Assembly (NCBI GenBank): GCA_038256975.1 | Contig: JBBSJU010000001.1 | Coordinates: forward strand, 59,087 to 123,086 | Source of the DNA: Minisyncoccia bacterium | GTDB lineage: Bacteria > Patescibacteriota > Minisyncoccia > Phycocordibacterales > UBA5272 | Length of the DNA: 64,000 nt | Reading direction: 5' to 3' | In this document: positions 60,364 through 64,000 of the stretch, in pieces | Layout of the letters: every line of letters begins with the position of its first letter | Position numbering within the stretch: the first letter of the stretch is position 1 | The notes under the pieces: model-generated | The model's database searches: none | The model's input: only the letters and a program-made list of their open reading frames with translations | Told to the model about the DNA's origin: nothing | Translations under genes and position numbers: made by a program

Positions 60364-62112
60364 TTACAGAGCTCTATTTTTTATTTCTTGTGTAAGTGTT
60401 TGTGTGAAATCTTCTATAGAAATATTTTCAATTTTACTTCCATCGCGTTTTTCTACAGTGAGCATCTTACTTTCGACTTCTTTATCACCAAGCACAATCA
60501 CATAAGGCACTTTGTCTGTCTTGGCATTACGAATGCGTTTGCCAAGCGAGTCATTTGAAGCGTCGAGCTCAACACGAATATCTGCGTCTTTGAGACCCTT
60601 GTATACCATGTCTGCAAATTCTGTTTGACGTTCACCGATAGGCACGACACGAACCTGAACAGGGGAAAGCCATGTCGGAAATGCGCCCGCGAAATGTTCA
60701 ATGGCAACAGCGAGGAATCGCTCAAAGGATCCCATGATAGCGCAGTGAATCATTACTACGCTTTCTTTCTCGCCTTTTTCATTGATACACGTAAGCTCAA
60801 ATCGTTCTGGTTGAACAAAGTCGAGCTGAATAGTTGCCACCTGTAACTTTCTTCCGATAGCATCTTTTGCAATAAAGTCGATTTTTGGTCCGTAGAAGGC
60901 TGCTTCACCTGGGCCATCAATATATTCTGCACCAAAGTTTTTCAGGATGACATCTTTTAATTTATTTTCAGCAATCTCCCAATTTTCCACTTTCCCAAGA
61001 TATTTCTCTGGAGTGGCAAGGTCTCGACGGGATAGTCGGGGAGTAAGTATGAACCCAAATTTAGAGTAGAAAGTTTCAATAATTTCCCAAATAGATTTTA
61101 CCTCATCTTCAATTTGGTTTACACGACAAAACACATGGGCATCGTCTTGGGTGATAGAAATAACACGCGAGAGACCAGAAAGTTCGCCAGTTTGTTCGTC
61201 TCGATAGACCATTGTACTTTCGGCGTATCTTTGAGGCATGTCTCGATACGACCGCTGTTCTGAGTCAAAAATTTGTGTATGGTGCGGACAGTTCATTGGC
61301 TTCATTGCAAACACGTGTCCATCTCTTGTGTTTATCTTAAACAAATCTTCAGCATATTTTGCCCAATGCCCACTTTTTTCATAGAGACTTTGTTTGGTTA
61401 TGTGAGGAATAACTACTTTGCCATAGCCGCGGGTTTTTCGGAGGCTCCACACAAAGTCTTGAAGTTCTTCACGAATAATTGTTCCTTTTGGTGTCCAGAG
61501 AGGAAGCCCTCCTCCAATGAGATCAGAAAAAATAAACAAGCCAAGTTCTTTTCCGAGTTTTCTATGGTCTCGTTTTTTTGCTTCCTCTTGTTGAGTAATG
61601 TACGCGTCAAGCTCTGTTTTGGTATCAAAAGCAAGTCCATACACACGAGTAAGCATCGGATTCTTTTCGTCACCACGCCAATATGCACCTGCAATTTTTT
61701 CCAGTTTGAAACTCTCTGGATCGATATCTTTTAAATCTTCTACGTGTCCACCCCGGCAAAGATCGGTAAACCAGTCTGTTGTATAAAGAGTTATCGCTTC
61801 ATCTTTTTCTGCAATTTCTTTTATCAACTCTGATTTGTAGGGATTGTTCGCAAAGTGGGCGAGCGCTTCATCTTTCGAAACTTCTTTATGTGAAAAGTTC
61901 GCGCCTTTGCGGACGATTTTCTGCATTGCTTTTGTCAGATCCTTCAAATTATCTTCTGTTGGTTTTTTTGCCCCAAAATCAATGTCGTAATAGAAACCAG
62001 TATCAATAGCAGGTCCGAGGGTTAGTTTTGCCTCTGGATAGGCCTGTAGTATTGCCATGGCAAGGACATGGGCGAGGGAGTGGCGTTTGTTGTTTAAGGC
62101 TGTGTTTTCCAT
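60364..62112 (-). CDS. thrS: Threonyl-tRNA synthetase (lacks TGS domain)
   Basis: RHSLAH, DLCRGGH, RDHRKLG, KPMNCP, GEAAFYGPK. Confidence 0.96.
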   Translation of the reverse strand: MENTALNNKRHSLAHVLAMAILQAYPEAKLTLGPAIDTGFYYDIDFGAKKPTEDNLKDLTKAMQKIVRKGANFSHKEVSKDEALAHFANNPYKSELIKEIAEKDEAITLYTTDWFTDLCRGGHVEDLKDIDPESFKLEKIAGAYWRGDEKNPMLTRVYGLAFDTKTELDAYITQQEEAKKRDHRKLGKELGLFIFSDLIGGGLPLWTPKGTIIREELQDFVWSLRKTRGYGKVVIPHITKQSLYEKSGHWAKYAEDLFKINTRDGHVFAMKPMNCPHHTQIFDSEQRSYRDMPQRYAESTMVYRDEQTGELSGLSRVISITQDDAHVFCRVNQIEDEVKSIWEIIETFYSKFGFILTPRLSRRDLATPEKYLGKVENWEIAENKLKDVILKNFGAEYIDGPGEAAFYGPKIDFIAKDAIGRKLQVATIQLDFVQPERFELTCINEKGEKESVVMIHCAIMGSFERFLAVAIEHFAGAFPTWLSPVQVRVVPIGERQTEFADMVYKGLKDADIRVELDASNDSLGKRIRNAKTDKVPYVIVLGDKEVESKMLTVEKRDGSKIENISIEDFTQTLTQEIKNRAL

Positions 62113-62294
62113 CCTGAAATAGTAACACATTGTTTTCAAACGCGAATTCCGTACCTGCGACCTAAAAAGGTTTACAGGTGTCAAGACTTGCTTTTTTACC
62201 TCCTTTGCGTAAGAGTTAATAGGTACCGGTGAGAAGGTCTCCTTTTCGCGTCTCCTCCACAATCACTGTATATGCATTCCGGTGCATTTACCTT

Positions 62295-63200
62295 ATGAAT
62301 AATCTTTACGATCAAAAATCAAAAAATATCCGAAAGACCTGGCTCTTAATGGTCATTTTCTTCTTGGCGACTATTGCACTTGGCTCACTTTTGGCGTATG
62401 TCTTTCAAACACCTCTCATTGCCTATGCTTTTGGAATCTTTGGAATAGTCTCTAATGTCACTGCGTATTGGTTTTCAGACAAGATTGCGCTTTCGCAATC
62501 TCACGCTAAACCAGCTGACAAAGCTCTCTATCCAGAATTGTATGCAATGATAGATACTTTGGCAAAAAGAGCAGAGGTGCCTATGCCGAAGGTCTATATT
62601 ATTGAAGATCCAATGCCAAATGCATTTGCCACTGGGCGCAATCCCCAAAATGCAGCGGTCGCGGTAACCACAGGAATACTTCCGCTCCTTAATAAATCAG
62701 AGCTCGAAGGTGTGATAGCGCATGAGCTTTCGCATATTGCAAATAGAGATACTCTTATTATGACAGTAGTCACAGTTCTTGCTGGACTTTTGAGTATGTC
62801 AGCAAACTTCTTTGCCTACGGTGGACAAATGGGTGGAAGTGGTGAAAGCAGAAACCCACTCTTTTTCTTTCTTTCAATTGCAGCAAGCATCATCGCACCG
62901 TTTGCGGCTATGATTGTACAGCTTTCTATCTCACGAAAGCGAGAATTTTTAGCGGACGCATCAGGTGCGTTACTTACTAAATATCCGCAAGGGCTTGCCT
63001 CAGCATTGCAAAAGATTTCTCAGTTTGCTCAGCCAATGCGTCATGCCACAGAGTCAACGGCGCATTTGTATATCGCAAATCCGATGGGGCACGCATTCTC
63101 AGCTGATGGCAAAGAAAAAGTTGGATTCATTACAAAACTTTTCATGACGCATCCGCCGGTGCAAGAACGTGTAGATGCGTTACTTGGAAGAATTGAATAA
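62295..63200 (+). CDS. htpX: M48 zinc metalloprotease HtpX
   Basis: PNAFATG, AHELSH, SR.RE..AD, THPP..ER. Confidence 0.92.
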   Translation: MNNLYDQKSKNIRKTWLLMVIFFLATIALGSLLAYVFQTPLIAYAFGIFGIVSNVTAYWFSDKIALSQSHAKPADKALYPELYAMIDTLAKRAEVPMPKVYIIEDPMPNAFATGRNPQNAAVAVTTGILPLLNKSELEGVIAHELSHIANRDTLIMTVVTVLAGLLSMSANFFAYGGQMGGSGESRNPLFFFLSIAASIIAPFAAMIVQLSISRKREFLADASGALLTKYPQGLASALQKISQFAQPMRHATESTAHLYIANPMGHAFSADGKEKVGFITKLFMTHPPVQERVDALLGRIE

Positions 63201-63220
63201 TTCTGAAATACTATACACAT

Positions 63221-63799
63221 ATGGAAATACGAAAAAATGCTGGGTTTGTGAAATGGGTTGTGGTCATCGCTGTCATCCTTGTTGTCGTTACTTGGACTAC
63301 AGGCAAGTACAATTCATTTGTAGCACTTAATCAAAAAGTTGACACACAATGGGCGCAGGTTGAGAATCAGTTTCAACGCCGTTTTGACTTGGTACCAAAT
63401 CTTGTAAATACAGTGAAGGGTATTACTAAGCAAGAACTCGAAGTCTTTACTGCAATTGCAGAAGCTCGTACTCGATACTCTGGCGCACAGACAACGGATG
63501 CAAAGGTTACCGCGGCAAATGAATATCAGTCTGCTCTCGGACGACTTCTTGTTGTTGTAGAAAACTATCCTCAACTCAAGTCATCGGATTCATTTAATGC
63601 TCTCATGGCGGAACTCGCGGGAACAGAAAATCGAGTTGCTGTAGAACGAGGACGATTCAATGAAGTTGTTGGTGAATACAACGTGGCAACAAAACGTGTT
63701 CCAGGATCACTTATTGCGATGCTATTTGGTTTTGATAAAAAAGAACTCTTCAAGGCACAAGATGGAGCACAGACAACTCCTGTAGTGGATTTCCAGTAG
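63221..63799 (+). CDS. lemA: LemA family protein
   Basis: QRR.DL.PNLV..VKG, VVENYPQLKS, L.GTENR..V.R. Confidence 0.92.
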   Translation: MEIRKNAGFVKWVVVIAVILVVVTWTTGKYNSFVALNQKVDTQWAQVENQFQRRFDLVPNLVNTVKGITKQELEVFTAIAEARTRYSGAQTTDAKVTAANEYQSALGRLLVVVENYPQLKSSDSFNALMAELAGTENRVAVERGRFNEVVGEYNVATKRVPGSLIAMLFGFDKKELFKAQDGAQTTPVVDFQ

Positions 63800-63803
63800 T
63801 CTC

Positions 63804-64000
63804 ATGACAAAAAGGCTCGCACGAATTGCAAGTGTAACTCTTACGCTTATCGGGGCGGGTTTTTTTGCGTTTGCAGTTGCGTATACTTCGCCGGGGAGTC
63901 CAACGGGATTCGTAAATGATTTCGCAAACATTCTTGATAGTGAAACAAAAGCAAATCTCGAAACAAAACTTTCTGCATTCGAACAAAAAACAACGCACGA
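63804..64000 (+). CDS. TPM domain protein (3' truncated by window edge)
   Basis: Own translation: signal-like N-terminus then PTGFVNDFANIL; follows lemA as is usual. Confidence 0.7.
   Translation, partial: MTKRLARIASVTLTLIGAGFFAFAVAYTSPGSPTGFVNDFANILDSETKANLETKLSAFEQKTTH

Noticed and set aside
62113-62294. T-box or CIRCE element between thrS and htpX
   Set aside because: No T-box consensus or TTAGCACTC-N9-GAGTGCTAA found; thrS appears leaderless

Overview
64 kb of a small-genome bacterial chromosome, most consistent with Patescibacteria/CPR (Parcubacteria-like; genetic code 11). This is inferred from the reduced translation proteins, the VirD4/HerA-like ATPase and a 23S-5S locus unlinked from 16S. 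Most of the window is housekeeping: argS, ileS, glyQS, metG, pheST, thrS, infC-rpmI-rplT, rplJL, rplY, rpmE2, prfA, rpsB-tsf, gyrB, murC, rodA, glmS, ndk, htpX-lemA and a glycosyltransferase cluster. The unusual signal is mostly non-coding. (1) The 23S gene carries an ORF-less group I intron at position 2593 and a helix-45 insertion containing a tRNA-like cloverleaf; a second tRNA-lookalike lies before the 5S gene. (2) There are at least three dispersed families of covarying structured repeats and one tandem hairpin array. (3) Two orphan genes resemble diversity-generating retroelement (DGR) targets, with no RT or template repeat seen in the window. (4) Core genes look leaderless whereas accessory ORFans have Shine-Dalgarno sites. 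(5) Other features are a compact 6S-like RNA, an IleRS with an inserted histidine-phosphatase domain, and a Fur-family/CooC-like metal module with a palindromic operator. All calls were made by eye from the sequence and ORF track; no searches or folding programs were run.
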